64,000 bases of DNA from an uncultured Thermoplasmata archaeon (GCA_963719945.1 CAVRDX010000004.1:160001-224000); one strand, 5' to 3'. Counted from the stretch's first letter, positions 41,194-52,400 are shown. The notes: generated from the letters alone by a model not told the origin. A program made the numbers and translations.

Positions 41194-42999
41194 ATGAGTG
41201 CGGAGTCCGAGCTGCTGTTCCAGATGGGCGCCATCATGCTGCTTGCGTTCGTGGCTGCCACGCTCGCTGGCAAGCTGAACCAGTCGGTCATGATCGGATA
41301 CATAGTGATAGGTATCCTAATCGGTCCGAAGATGAGCTTCGAAATCTTCGGGTTCGAATACCGCGGTTTCATAAGTGACACGAGCCTGATCGAGATACTG
41401 TCTTTCGTCGGCCTCGTAATGCTGATGTTCTTCGTAGGTCTGGAATTTTCATTCTCTAAATTAAAGAAGACGCGCACGCCTGCGATAATCCTGGCCATCA
41501 TCGACGTTAGCGTGGGGTTGTTTGTGGGGTTCATCTTCGCGTCCTACCTCGGGTGGCCATTGATCGATTCGATCTTTCTCGCTGGCGTCATAGCGATGAG
41601 CAGTTCGAGCATAGCCATGAAGGTGCTGTTCGATCTAAAGCGGATGTCCAGCCCGGAGGTGGAGTTCCTCATAGGCTTGGTCATAGTCGAGACTTTCATA
41701 GCGATGCTAATACTCGCTGTAGCGAGCGGGATGGTCGTCAGACCAGACAGCAACCCGATGGAATATGGACAGTTGCTCCTCGGCATGGCCGCGTTCTATG
41801 CCTTCTTCATATGGGTCGCTATGTGGGCCGTTCCCAAGGTCGTTTCGTTCTTCAACAGCATAGAGAATGACGAACTCTTCATTCTGTTCGCGCTCGGAAT
41901 AGTCTTCCTCACGGCTGGGTTCGCTGCTGCGATGAACGTGCCCCCCATCATAGGCGCATTCTTCATCGGGATGATACTCGCGGAGACGAATGTGTCCGTG
42001 CGTATTCGCTCGAAACTGGAATCATTCAAGGACGCGTTTGTGGCGATATTCTTCACTTCCTTCGGGATGATGATCGACCCTGCGATGTTCTCCGATGTGA
42101 TCTGGATGGTGGCCATCGCCATCCCGCTCGTGCTGTTCTACGAGATATTCGTCATATCTTCGGTCACATATTTCCTCGGATTCTCGGCGAAGGCTGCCAC
42201 AACGATCGGTACCAGTGCTACTGGAAGAGGCGTCGAGTCCATTCTGTTCGCTAGTGTGGGTAGCAATGTCCAAGGTGCGACCATGGGCTCTCTGCTCAAT
42301 CCGTTCGCGGGCGCCTTCTGCTTCGGCATGAGCGCGGTCACTTCAGTATTCGTCAAGCACTCGACGACTCTGGCAAACGCGCTCTCGAAGGTGATTCCGG
42401 CCCCATTGAAATTCTCAGGCTCAGTCATATCCAGAACGCTGGGAAAGGCTGTGATGCCATCATCTATTCGGATATTCAAGGGCGCGAAGATGACGGGAGC
42501 ACTACTGCTGTCATTCGTGATACTCTCCACAATAATCCTGATGGTGAAGCCACCGCTGCACCTGCTGTTCGTGGGCTGTGGCATCATAATGACGTTCGTG
42601 ATATACTTCGTGATAAGGTTCGAAGTGACAGAGATTGTAAAGCATGTGAACTACTCCAATCTCGGCGTGAGATCAGAGCGCAAGAGCGCTATCGTGGATT
42701 TGGTGACTTGGCTGATATTCGGCTCAGTTCTCTCAGTCCTCATAGTGGTCTCGATATGGACATACCTGTGGCAACTGTCTCTGATAGTGGCTATCTCTTA
42801 TCTGGTCGGTCTATGCTACCTCATGTTTGCGACGCACAAGCACCTGTATGCCGAACAGGCCGCCTTCGTCCCACCCATATACACGATGCCTCGACCCGAG
42901 GCCAATGAAGAAGATGATGGCGGCAATGGCCATGCAAAACCTTTGCCGAAAGCAGTGTATGGCGTCGTGAAGACGCTTCCAAAGAACATGCGACTGTAG
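41194..42999 (+). CDS. Cation:proton antiporter (CPA2) with extra C-terminal TM region
   Basis: GYIVIGILIGP, MFFVGLEF, SSSSI, GAFFIG, FVAIFF...GM. Confidence 0.88.
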   Translation: MSAESELLFQMGAIMLLAFVAATLAGKLNQSVMIGYIVIGILIGPKMSFEIFGFEYRGFISDTSLIEILSFVGLVMLMFFVGLEFSFSKLKKTRTPAIILAIIDVSVGLFVGFIFASYLGWPLIDSIFLAGVIAMSSSSIAMKVLFDLKRMSSPEVEFLIGLVIVETFIAMLILAVASGMVVRPDSNPMEYGQLLLGMAAFYAFFIWVAMWAVPKVVSFFNSIENDELFILFALGIVFLTAGFAAAMNVPPIIGAFFIGMILAETNVSVRIRSKLESFKDAFVAIFFTSFGMMIDPAMFSDVIWMVAIAIPLVLFYEIFVISSVTYFLGFSAKAATTIGTSATGRGVESILFASVGSNVQGATMGSLLNPFAGAFCFGMSAVTSVFVKHSTTLANALSKVIPAPLKFSGSVISRTLGKAVMPSSIRIFKGAKMTGALLLSFVILSTIILMVKPPLHLLFVGCGIIMTFVIYFVIRFEVTEIVKHVNYSNLGVRSERKSAIVDLVTWLIFGSVLSVLIVVSIWTYLWQLSLIVAISYLVGLCYLMFATHKHLYAEQAAFVPPIYTMPRPEANEEDDGGNGHAKPLPKAVYGVVKTLPKNMRL

Positions 43000-43131
43000 C
43001 GCTCGGAGCGATACGTGGATCGCTGTTCATCCATGATGAAAAGAGCCCTCCCAGGTTCGCACTTGACCATCAAGGGACGATTGGGTCGAGTATGATAATC
43101 ATCATATCATCTACTGACCAATCGCCCTTCA

Positions 43132-43743
43132 ATGACCGAGAAGCCAAAGGGCAGTTATGTCGTAGGGTTGTACAGCGGCGTTCTCGCAATCATCACTTTC
43201 TGCGTGCTGTATCCAATTGCAGCTTACCAGGATCCAAACTATAGATTTCTCGACGACTATCTGAGCGACCTGGGTGTGGGCCCAGGTGCGTGGGCTTTCA
43301 ACTCTGCACTTATCGTGACCGGTTCTCTCTTGACAGTGTTCGCAATATTTGGGGTGTATCAAGCAATCGGAATTGGCATATGGTCTAGGCTGAGCTCGTC
43401 TGCGCTAGCACTATCTGGAGCATTCCTGGTGTGCATTGGAATATTCACCGAGGATTTCGACGAGATACACACATTCTTCTCGTTCGCCTTTTTCATCACA
43501 TTATTGATCACACTTGGGCTGATGTCCATCGCTATGTTCAGGACCAAGGCACTCGGCTCAATTGGCACTGGAGTTTCGATAAGTGCCTTCGTAGCAGGAG
43601 CGGCGTTGATCCCGCTGGGAGCGAATCCATTCACAGAGACCATTGCTGTCTTGACCATACTGGCATGGGGCTCTGCGATTACGATTCTTATGCTTCTGAA
43701 GAACCGTGTCCGGGGCTCAAATGAATCACATCTACGCCGTTAA
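43132..43743 (+). CDS. DUF998 membrane protein
   Basis: YLSDLGV, FN..LIVTG, GIFTE, H..FS..FF. Confidence 0.8.
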   Translation: MTEKPKGSYVVGLYSGVLAIITFCVLYPIAAYQDPNYRFLDDYLSDLGVGPGAWAFNSALIVTGSLLTVFAIFGVYQAIGIGIWSRLSSSALALSGAFLVCIGIFTEDFDEIHTFFSFAFFITLLITLGLMSIAMFRTKALGSIGTGVSISAFVAGAALIPLGANPFTETIAVLTILAWGSAITILMLLKNRVRGSNESHLRR

Positions 43744-43831
43744 GTGTGCCCTACAATCATTTTAAAACCGTAGAGCAATCAGCATCGCTAAGCAGGCCTG
43801 CATTCGCAGGCTGGAATAGAGGTCGAACGAA

Positions 43832-45037
43832 ATGAAAGCCAACGAGTACAGGGAACTTGAGGGGAAATACGGGGCGCACAACTACCACCCGTTGCCAGTT
43901 GTACTGTCCAAGGCCAAGGGCGTTTGGGTCTGGGATGTCGACGGCAACAAGTACATCGACATGCTGAGCTCATACTCCGCAATCAACCAGGGGCATCTTC
44001 ACCCTAAGATTGTCGCTGCGGCAATCGAACAGCTCAACAGGATTTCCCTTTCATCGAGAGCGTTCTCGAACGACAGGATGGGACCGTACCTGAAGAAGCT
44101 CTGCGACATCAGCGGTATGGAGATGGCTCTGCCAATGAACACTGGTGCAGAGGCTGTGGAGACTGCGCTGAAGCTAGCTCGCAGGTGGGCGTACCAGAAG
44201 AAAGGCGTTCCTGAGAACAAGGGCGAGCTGATAGTCTGCGAGAACAACTTCCATGGGAGGACTACGACTATCATCAGCTTCTCATCGGACCCGGATTCCA
44301 AGAAGGGCTTCGGTCCATACACGCCGGGCTTCGTAACCATTCCATACAACGATATCAAGAGCTTCGAGAATGCTATCACCCCGAACACGATCGGTATCAT
44401 GGTCGAGCCGATCCAAGGTGAGGCCGGTATTAACGTGCCATCTCCTGGCTACTTGAAGGAACTCAGAAGGATATGCACTGAGAAAGGTATTCTGCTCATA
44501 ATCGATGAGATCCAGACAGGGTTCGCCAGAACCGGCAAGATGTTCGCCTTCGAGCACGACGGAATCAAGCCGGATATCCTCTGTGTCGGAAAGGCACTCG
44601 GCGGAGGGTTGTATCCAGTATCGGCAGCACTCTCGACCAGGGAGATCATGAGTGTGTTCACACCTGGCTCGCACGGCAGCACATTCGGTGGTAACCCCCT
44701 CGCATGCGCTATCGCAGAGGCCGCTCTGGACGTGCTGATTGATGAGGAACTGACTGAGAGGTCCACTGAAATGGGTGCATACTTCGTCAAGAGGTTGAAG
44801 GAAATCAAGACCCCTAAGATCAAGGAGATCAGGGCGAAGGGATTGCTCATCGGTGTCGAGTTCCACCTCGGTCCAAAGGAGACGGTCAGACCGATATGCG
44901 AGAAGCTCATGCAGAACGGAGTTCTTGCGAAGGACACCCATGAGAAGACCATCAGGTTCGCACCTCCGCTCACAATCACAACGGATGAGATCGACTGGGC
45001 GATGGAGCGGGTCAAGAAGGTCTTTGAAGACTATTGA
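43832..45037 (+). CDS. rocD: Ornithine aminotransferase
   Basis: GAHNYHPLPVV, YSAINQGH.HP, MNTGAEAVETA, EPIQGEAG, DEIQTG, GKALGGG, HGSTFGGNP. Confidence 0.95.
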   Translation: MKANEYRELEGKYGAHNYHPLPVVLSKAKGVWVWDVDGNKYIDMLSSYSAINQGHLHPKIVAAAIEQLNRISLSSRAFSNDRMGPYLKKLCDISGMEMALPMNTGAEAVETALKLARRWAYQKKGVPENKGELIVCENNFHGRTTTIISFSSDPDSKKGFGPYTPGFVTIPYNDIKSFENAITPNTIGIMVEPIQGEAGINVPSPGYLKELRRICTEKGILLIIDEIQTGFARTGKMFAFEHDGIKPDILCVGKALGGGLYPVSAALSTREIMSVFTPGSHGSTFGGNPLACAIAEAALDVLIDEELTERSTEMGAYFVKRLKEIKTPKIKEIRAKGLLIGVEFHLGPKETVRPICEKLMQNGVLAKDTHEKTIRFAPPLTITTDEIDWAMERVKKVFEDY

Positions 45038-45118
45038 TAAACATCACTGCACGGGGTTTTGAATCCCCGTGGCAATCTTATTTTTCTGAGTTGCATCATA
45101 TCCCTACTTGGAGTTTGT

Positions 45119-45535
45119 ATGGAAGTTGCGCGAAACGGCAACCTGATCTTTCTGCGTCTCGATCACGACGATGATATTCTGGCCAAGGTTCATGAAATCA
45201 TCGCATCTGAAAAGTCGACGATGGTCTTTACTACTGGACTGGGGATGATTCACGATTTCGAGTTGGGGTACTTCGATAAAGGACAATACCTGAAGAAACA
45301 CTACATTGAGCCACACGAGCTTCTCTCGGTCCAGGGTTCAGTGTCCTCCGATGGCGAATCGAGAATCCATATCCACATCACAGTAGCGGACAAGACACAT
45401 CAGGCCTTCGGAGGTCATCTGCTATCCGGACGGGTCTGGATGAGCAATGAGTTGGTGTTGTTGACGGTCGATGGTGTGCGGTCAAAGCGAGAAATCGATC
45501 CGGTCAAGAAAGTCGCAATCCTTCACTTCCAATGA
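45119..45535 (+). CDS. PPC/DUF296 domain protein
   Basis: ELLS..G, HIHI, AFGGHL motifs. Confidence 0.85.
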   Translation: MEVARNGNLIFLRLDHDDDILAKVHEIIASEKSTMVFTTGLGMIHDFELGYFDKGQYLKKHYIEPHELLSVQGSVSSDGESRIHIHITVADKTHQAFGGHLLSGRVWMSNELVLLTVDGVRSKREIDPVKKVAILHFQ

Positions 45536-45547
45536 CCTGGATCTTCG

Positions 45548-46501
45548 TTAGGGCAGATCCTTGACCATCAATACTTCCACCGATTCGACCTTGAATCCGG
45601 CTGACTTGTACATGCCAAGAGCCTTCTCGTTCTCAGCATCGACCATTAGCAGAATCCGTTCGGCTCCTTGAGACTTCAGCCAATTCACACTATCGAGAAG
45701 GAGATTCCTACCCAACCCAAGCCTGCGATGTGATTTGACGACTCCCAGGATGGCCACCCATCCTTCCCTCACACCTTCGCCTTCGACCTTGGGAGGTCTA
45801 TCCTCACTCATTACGAACCCAACCGTTTTCCCATCGTCCACCGCGAATGTGACTGCAAACACATCGTTTGTAGCCTCGAAAAAATTCTTGAACCTGTCCA
45901 TTGTGACGGGCGCGTAGTTGAAATGATCTACAAACGATTCGTTTCGAACATCAACGATTCTCGACGACAGGTTTTCGATGTCATCCTCGATGAGTATGCG
46001 CTCGACCCGGATGTCTTTCAGGAACGCAGCTTCCTCTGATTCGCAATTCTCGTTTCGAACCATTTCGTAATACTTGCGAACTTCATGGAAACCCGCACTC
46101 TCCAACAATCTCTTCTTCCAGGTGTCAATCTGGTAGCACGGGATCTGTGTCGCAGATACGCCGCGACCTGCGAGATACTCGAGGGACTTCTCCAGAAGTA
46201 TTTCTTCGATTCCGTCACATCTATGGTTCCGCATGACCTCGATGTCGAAATAAGAATCTCTCAATCCATAGGCCAGTCTTGCTCGATCAACAAGTCCATT
46301 TGCATAACCGACAGCTTCTCCATCGATGATTGCCAGCCAGGCACCTTTCGGATCGTAATCGCTATCGAGAAAAGTCTCTGCCCTCATCTCATCCGGGTTG
46401 ACTGTTCTTTGTGAGGGTAGACCTGCTCTTGAATCGTTTGAAACCTTCGCCATCGATTCGACATCATTCTCAGTTGGATGTCGGTACTCTATTCCAGGCA
46501 T
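45548..46501 (-). CDS. Tandem GNAT N-acetyltransferase
   Basis: Two GNAT folds; LGV...HRRLGLGR, NEKALGMYKSAGF. Confidence 0.85.
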   Translation of the reverse strand: MPGIEYRHPTENDVESMAKVSNDSRAGLPSQRTVNPDEMRAETFLDSDYDPKGAWLAIIDGEAVGYANGLVDRARLAYGLRDSYFDIEVMRNHRCDGIEEILLEKSLEYLAGRGVSATQIPCYQIDTWKKRLLESAGFHEVRKYYEMVRNENCESEEAAFLKDIRVERILIEDDIENLSSRIVDVRNESFVDHFNYAPVTMDRFKNFFEATNDVFAVTFAVDDGKTVGFVMSEDRPPKVEGEGVREGWVAILGVVKSHRRLGLGRNLLLDSVNWLKSQGAERILLMVDAENEKALGMYKSAGFKVESVEVLMVKDLP

Positions 46502-46632
46502 TATTCTCAACACGGATATGCTGGATCTTTTGGATATAGTCTTTGCAGGCATCTTGTTTGAATGATTAGGGATCCAATCTCGAAATCGGACTCTGTATCA
46601 ACAGCCATCGGTCCAGGCATCGTTATCATGGT

Positions 46633-47022
46633 TCATCTCTTGTTTCCGCATTTCAAACAAGTATCTCTATGAGCGCAAAGGATTCCTTCGCATTTGGGAC
46701 ATTTCCATCTTATTTTTTCATTCGCAACGAATTTTCTTATCCCATATTCTTGAATATTCTCAAGGTTCTCGATCATGCTCATCCCATATCTGGTCCTATA
46801 TCTCTTATCCAATTGTCTCATCCTTTTGCATGGGAACTCGTCGCATGAGAAACAGAATCTTGGGGTCTTCAGGTTCATGCACCTTCTAATAATGCATCTG
46901 GAATGATGAGGGGTTTTGTTCAGATTTTCATAGTTGCATCCCGGACATCTGTTTTTCACTCTCTGATGACCTAGGCAGATTGCACAATTCATTCCGCACG
47001 GAGCGATCAATTTCAGATTCAT
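46633..47022 (-). CDS. DUF3795 Cys-rich protein
   Basis: IAPCGMNC..C, CPGC, C.IRRC, CFSC.EFPC, YGMSMIENL. Confidence 0.82.
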   Translation of the reverse strand: MNLKLIAPCGMNCAICLGHQRVKNRCPGCNYENLNKTPHHSRCIIRRCMNLKTPRFCFSCDEFPCKRMRQLDKRYRTRYGMSMIENLENIQEYGIRKFVANEKIRWKCPKCEGILCAHRDTCLKCGNKR

Positions 47023-47316
47023 GGTAACTCCTCTAGAAATCTGGTCTGTCATTCCCCGCCCCTTTGACAGAGATATTCTCCTCATTGCTTGACTATTTAC
47101 TGGATATAATCGCTTTTCGATATGGCCGGCACCAGAAGTCATTCTTCCCGTTCAAGTTCTTGGCCAAGCCCGCATTGTCTTGTCGTGATGGCATTCAGGA
47201 GACGTGCGCGAATGGAATTCGGGCCAGTTCGAGAATCTGAAGGCTATCTGGAATGATATATGCAGAAGTCGTCAATAGCCTCGTCCTAGTGCAACTACTC
47301 CTCTGATAATTGAGAG

Positions 47317-47388
47317 TGCGGCTGCCGGGATTCGAACCCGGGCTTGAAGCTTGGGAAGCTTCAGTCCTAACCACTAGACTACAGCCGC
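47317..47388 (-). tRNA. tRNA-Gly(CCC), intronless, CCA not encoded
   Basis: GCGGCTG acceptor stem, TAGTCTAGTGG D arm, GAAGC-TTCCCAA-GCTTC anticodon arm, GGTTCGAATCC T loop; TTTAAA box about 28 nt upstream. Confidence 0.96.
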
Positions 47389-47442
47389 TTGTCAAGCACG
47401 AATGTGGCATTTTGATTTAAACATATCCGAATCGGAGACAAC

Positions 47443-48147
47443 CTATGGCGTCTCGATCACTGACAGGAAATGGTAACCGTCCCTCGAGACAATCTCCTTC
47501 GAATCCAATATTATGGGGTGTGCGAGCATCGGCCCGTCCGTCACCACTGTATGATACTCTCCGTTCTCTCCTGCCGCATCTATGCCCAAGGTTTCCATCT
47601 CTCTGACGATATCAGGTGTCAGAGTCTTCCCGAGATAACTCTTATCCAATACGCCGTCCTTGACGGATACGATCATGGCCTTGAAACCCCTTTCGAAGAA
47701 CTCGGCCATCAGCTCTCGTCTTCCCGTCTTCCAGAGTGGAAGAGCCGCCTTCATCCCCATCTCCGAACTGACCCTCTCGACCCATTCCCTGTGACCTTCG
47801 AGGTCTATGTCACCGAAGACTCCATGGGTTATCCCTTGCTTCTTCAGTTCCTCCAGCGCATCTTTGAATTGCTCTTCATACCCTTCCCAGGAGGCGTTCC
47901 TGGTCATCAGTGGGATCCCCATCGCTCTGGCCTGGCTATCGATCACAGAGACGGGCAATCCATGTCCTCGCGATCTATCGCCAGTCTCGATCAACATGGT
48001 CAGAAGATTTCTCGGCGATGCTCCAAGCTCGATTGCATGGAACAATGCGAGTGCGGAGTCCTTACCTCCGCTCCAAGAACAAAAGAATGGTGTTTCGGGA
48101 ACCAGCGTCTCTACTTCACATTTTCGAGCTGGCTTATGATGTTCCAT
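47443..48147 (-). CDS. Dph6/MJ0570-related PP-loop ATPase (diphthine-ammonia ligase family)
   Basis: SWSGGKDS, VFGDIDL..H, PLW, GENGEYHTVV.DGP; start uncertain. Confidence 0.85.
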   Translation of the reverse strand: MEHHKPARKCEVETLVPETPFFCSWSGGKDSALALFHAIELGASPRNLLTMLIETGDRSRGHGLPVSVIDSQARAMGIPLMTRNASWEGYEEQFKDALEELKKQGITHGVFGDIDLEGHREWVERVSSEMGMKAALPLWKTGRRELMAEFFERGFKAMIVSVKDGVLDKSYLGKTLTPDIVREMETLGIDAAGENGEYHTVVTDGPMLAHPIILDSKEIVSRDGYHFLSVIETP

Positions 48148-48365
48148 ATGAGCGTCCGCCCGTGGAGTGGTATGTTCGGATCATTGGCTAGTTCGTCGAG
48201 GATCATGATAGCGCTCGCGCTCCTGATGTCCAAAGCCTCCTCTTTGTGCGACAGTCTCTCCTTTGCTTGTGTCGCACCGCGCCGGATGTTCCTAGGGACC
48301 GAGTTGTCCTCGGCCAGCTGGTCCAACACCTCCATGATCTGTCTAAGCTTTGTTTCCATATCCAT
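48111..48365 (-). CDS. UPF0147 family protein
   Basis: D.SVPRNIRR, LDE..NDPN.P.H.RT.IW. Confidence 0.9.
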   Translation of the reverse strand: MDMETKLRQIMEVLDQLAEDNSVPRNIRRGATQAKERLSHKEEALDIRSASAIMILDELANDPNIPLHGRTLIWNIISQLENVK

Positions 48366-48411
48366 AACGCTCACCTTCGAAAGTGATTTTTAATGAGGAA
48401 AGCGGAGAAAA

Positions 48412-48756
48412 CTATTCCTTCGGCTCTTCCTCAACTTCGACCTTGATCTTGCCTCTTTCCTTGAACGTCGTGACGACCATGAAAGTCTTGGTCTCCTTCA
48501 CGCCGTTTATGTCTGCGACATTGTCGACTATGAACCTCTTGAGGGCTCCATAATTAGGGAACCTTGCTTTTGCGAAGATATCCGTGTCCCCGGTGACCAG
48601 GAACACATCCTCGATATGGTCGTAGGATGCGATCTTCTCCGCGACCTCGTCGGACCCCTTCGTATCAATCTTGAAGCTGATTAGGGCCGTGACTTGTTCC
48701 TCACCATAGTACGTCGAGATGATCTCCTCGTACTCCTTCTTGTCCTTATCTTCCAT
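48412..48756 (-). CDS. Lrp/AsnC ligand-binding domain protein
   Basis: EDVFLVTGDTDI, INGVKETKT. Confidence 0.85.
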   Translation of the reverse strand: MEDKDKKEYEEIISTYYGEEQVTALISFKIDTKGSDEVAEKIASYDHIEDVFLVTGDTDIFAKARFPNYGALKRFIVDNVADINGVKETKTFMVVTTFKERGKIKVEVEEEPKE

Positions 48757-48894
48757 GTCTTCGCCCCCTGATTGAGGATGCCTCTATCCGCGTCGCGCGG
48801 TTATCCAAGCTCAGGCGCCCCTAGGGTCAACAAGAGCCTTATCCTATGCATTCCCGGAAGGGACTGCTTGATAAGGTTCGGTACGAGCCCGATG

Positions 48895-49065
48895 TTACAG
48901 GCGTGCGCCTTCGAATTCTTCTTGGAGGTCTATGATCACTTGTTCAAGGATCTCCTCCAAGCTGGCGCTCCTGTACTCTCGCATTCCACCAAGGTCACTC
49001 TGAACTCTTGCAACATACGATGCGTTGCTCTTCAGAAACTCAACGTTGCACAAGGGCTCTTCCAT
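48895..49065 (-). CDS. 56-aa acidic microprotein (MEEPLCNVEFLKSNASYVARVQSDLGGMREYRSASLEEILEQVIIDLQEEFEGARL)
   Basis: GGGGTGA SD 6 nt before ATG; beta-beta-beta-alpha pattern; below the ORF-track cutoff. Confidence 0.75.
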   Translation of the reverse strand: MEEPLCNVEFLKSNASYVARVQSDLGGMREYRSASLEEILEQVIIDLQEEFEGARL

Positions 49066-49436
49066 CCGTGTTCACCCCATCTGGCCCAGGCACCACCCGA
49101 GGCCATGGTTAGCGCGCTGGTGCGCCATATATCCTCTATTATTTAGACCTTTCTTAAATTCCTTCCGGTGACCGGACGGGCCAGAATGCCGTCTGGCACG
49201 GGTCTGGGTCTGATGATGGGTGCCTTCAGGTCTGATCCATGCCCTCTAGCATACTCTACCTGACGGGTTTACAATGTTCAAGTTCGGCCAATGCCAGCGA
49301 CCAAGTATTATATATCGCAGCAACAGTAATCCCAGATCGATGAACTCGGCAGCCAATAGCCTTATCATAATTATAGGCTGATTCTTGCCCCCATTGCCGA
49401 GTTTGTATTAGAGGCCTTTTGGAGGGATTTGTTGTT

Positions 49437-52400
49437 ATGAAGAAGTACTACCGAGAACCTGCCGGCGAGACCTTCTCCGGCATAGAAGAGGAGGTTCTCT
49501 CTCTCTGGGGACAGGAGAGCATGCTGCTCAAGGTCAAGGAGCGGATGCGCGACGGTGCCCCTCTGTACTTCTGCGAAGGTCCCCCGACCGCTAAGAGCCC
49601 GCCCCATTTCGGTGACGCCCTCACGCGCGCGGTCAAGGATGCGTTCCTCAGGTTCCACATAATGAACGGTAGGCAGGTCCTGCCCTACATAGGCGGCTGG
49701 GACTGTCATGGGCTCCCAGTCGAGCTGGAGGTCGAGCGGTCTCTGGGACTGGGGAGCAAGGCCGATATCGAGCGATACGGGATCGAACCCTTCAATTCTC
49801 GATGCCGCGAGAGCGTCCTCCGCTACAAGGGAGATTGGGAGGAGATGAGCCGGAGGGTCGGCTACTGGATCGATTTCGAGAATGCCTACATGACCATGTC
49901 CAACGAGTACATCGAGAGCGTATGGTGGTCAGTCAAGCAATTGCATTCGAAGGGCTTGCTGGTAAAGGACAAGCAGGTCGTCCCTTACTGCCCAAGGTGT
50001 GGAACCACCCTGAGCACTCACGAAGTGGCATTAGGTTTCGGCGAGGTCGAGACCAGATACGTCGTCGCCCGTTTCCGGATCGACGAGCTGGATGCCAGCG
50101 CCCTGGTCTACACCGAGACGCCATGGACCCTGGTGGCGAACGCCCTGCTCGCGGTCGACGGAAACCAACGCTATGTGCTCATGGAATCATCCGGTGAGAG
50201 GTTGCTTCTCAGCGAACCTAGCTCGAAGGTATGGTTGCCTTCGTGCAAGGTGCTTCGCACCTTCTCCGGAACAGAGCTGGTCGGTCTATCTTATGTTCCA
50301 CCGTTCAATTACTCGGGACGGCCAGGCGATTCGTTCAAGATTGTTCATTCTGACGAGGTAACCAAGGAGGAAGGCACCGGGATAATGCACGTGTGCCCCG
50401 CATGCAGCTCGATAGATTTCGAGATAGCAGCGGCCGAGGGTCTCGAATTGTTCGATCCGATCGACGAGACCGCGAGTTTCACGCAGGAAATCCCCGAACT
50501 CGCCGGCAAGCTGGTCACAGACTCAAGCACTGATGTTATACGGATGCTAGAGGGCTCAGGGTCTTTGTTCAAATGGGGTCTGATGAAACGGTCATCACCA
50601 TTTTGCTGGAGGTGTCAAACCCCGCTCATCTACAAGCTAAGAGACGCCTGGCTCATAAAGGCTTCAGATGTGAAGGACGAGATGTCCAGATTGAACCAGA
50701 AGATCCGATGGGTGCCTGAGACCTTCCGGGACCTGAGGTTCGGAAACTTCATCGCGGACGCTAAGGATTGGGCAGTCAGCCGGAGTCGATACTGGGGGAC
50801 GCCGCTACCTATCTGGAGATGCACGGAGGGCCACGAATACTGTGTGGGTTCGGTCCAGGAGCTAAGGGATTCGTCCGAGTCCCCGGTTCCAGATGGATCG
50901 GACCTGCACCGTCCTTTCGTGGATGCCGTCACCCTCAGATGCCCACAATGTGGTAGGAGCATGAAGCGTGAGGAATTCGTCCTCGACTGCTGGTACGATT
51001 CCGGGTGCGCGCCATTCGCCCAATACCACTACCCGTTCGAGAACAAGGATGTGTTCGATTCACACAGGTCATTGGATTTCATATCGGAATCAGTGGAGCA
51101 GACTCGCGGATGGTTCTACACACAGCATGTGTTGAGCACCCTGCTATTCGATGCTCCAGCGTTCACTTCCGTCCTTGTGATGGGTAACGTGCTCGGTGCC
51201 GATGGGAAGAAGATGAGGAACGTGCACAAGAACACGGTTTCACCGTCCGAGGTGTTCTCGTCCGTCGGTGCGGATGCATCAAGACTCTATCTCCTTGGAA
51301 GCCCGACGTGGGAGTCTGTTCAATTCTCGGAGGAGGATGTGAGGAAGACGATGGTCGGCACGCTCAAGACGCTCCTCAATGTCTACGCATTCTACGCATC
51401 CAATGCCAACGCTTACGGTTATACTGGCCAGGAGGCTGGAACCAAGACTCACGACCTGGACACCTGGATCCTATCCCGATTGAACACGACCATCGTTGAG
51501 GCCAGGAACGGATTCGACGACCTCGAGGTCCACCGGGCAGTGAACTCGGTAAGGGAGTTCGTGGAGGATTTGAGCAACTGGTATGTTCGCAGGTCCAGGC
51601 GCAGGTTCTGGGTCGAGAGCGATCCACTCGACCGCTTCTCCGCACATTCCACGCTCCATGAATGCCTCACGATATTGTCCAGAATAATGGCTCCGATCAC
51701 ACCTTTCTTCGCGGACTGGCTCTATAGAAACCTGAAAGGGGCCAAGGGAAGCGTGCATCTCGAGGACTATCCAATCGCTAACGAGGAACATTCCAACAAA
51801 CCGCTTGAGCTGCAGATGGCCATTGTTCGGAGGGCAGTCGAAGCCGGCCGTCTGGCCCGTCAGAACGCAAACATAAAGTTGAGACAGCCGCTCGAAGAGG
51901 TAGTGATAGCCGCCAGCAATGACGATGTATGGACGCTTCGCAGATATGAGAAGATGATCTCCGAGGAGCTGAATGTCCGATCAGTGAAGTGCATCGAATC
52001 CAGGGAGAGCATGGTGGAGTATACCATATCGGCGAACCTCAGGACCCTCGGTCCGAGGTTCAAGGAAGGGGCCGAGGAGGTCTCGAAACTGCTCGAGATG
52101 GTCGATGGTAGCGAACTGGTTAGACACCTGAAGACGAAGGGAAGGCTGCGTCTGGGAGGCTACGACCTCTACGAGGAGGATGTCATCATCAGCGAGACGC
52201 AGAAATCAGGATACACCCACGCATCGATGGATGACATGCATGTCTACTTCTCGACCAAGATGAATGCGAAGCTCAAGATGGATGGCCTCGCTAGAGAAGT
52301 CATCAGACGAGTACAGCACATGCGAAAGGAGCAGGGTCTGGCTTTCGATGACCTCGTCGTCGTGGAGTATTCGGCCCATCCGGACATCGAGGCGGCCATC

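Noticed and set aside
48772-49146. 124-aa plus-strand ORF
   Set aside because: Antisense to the better-supported 56-aa gene that has a strong SD; no protein-like features.
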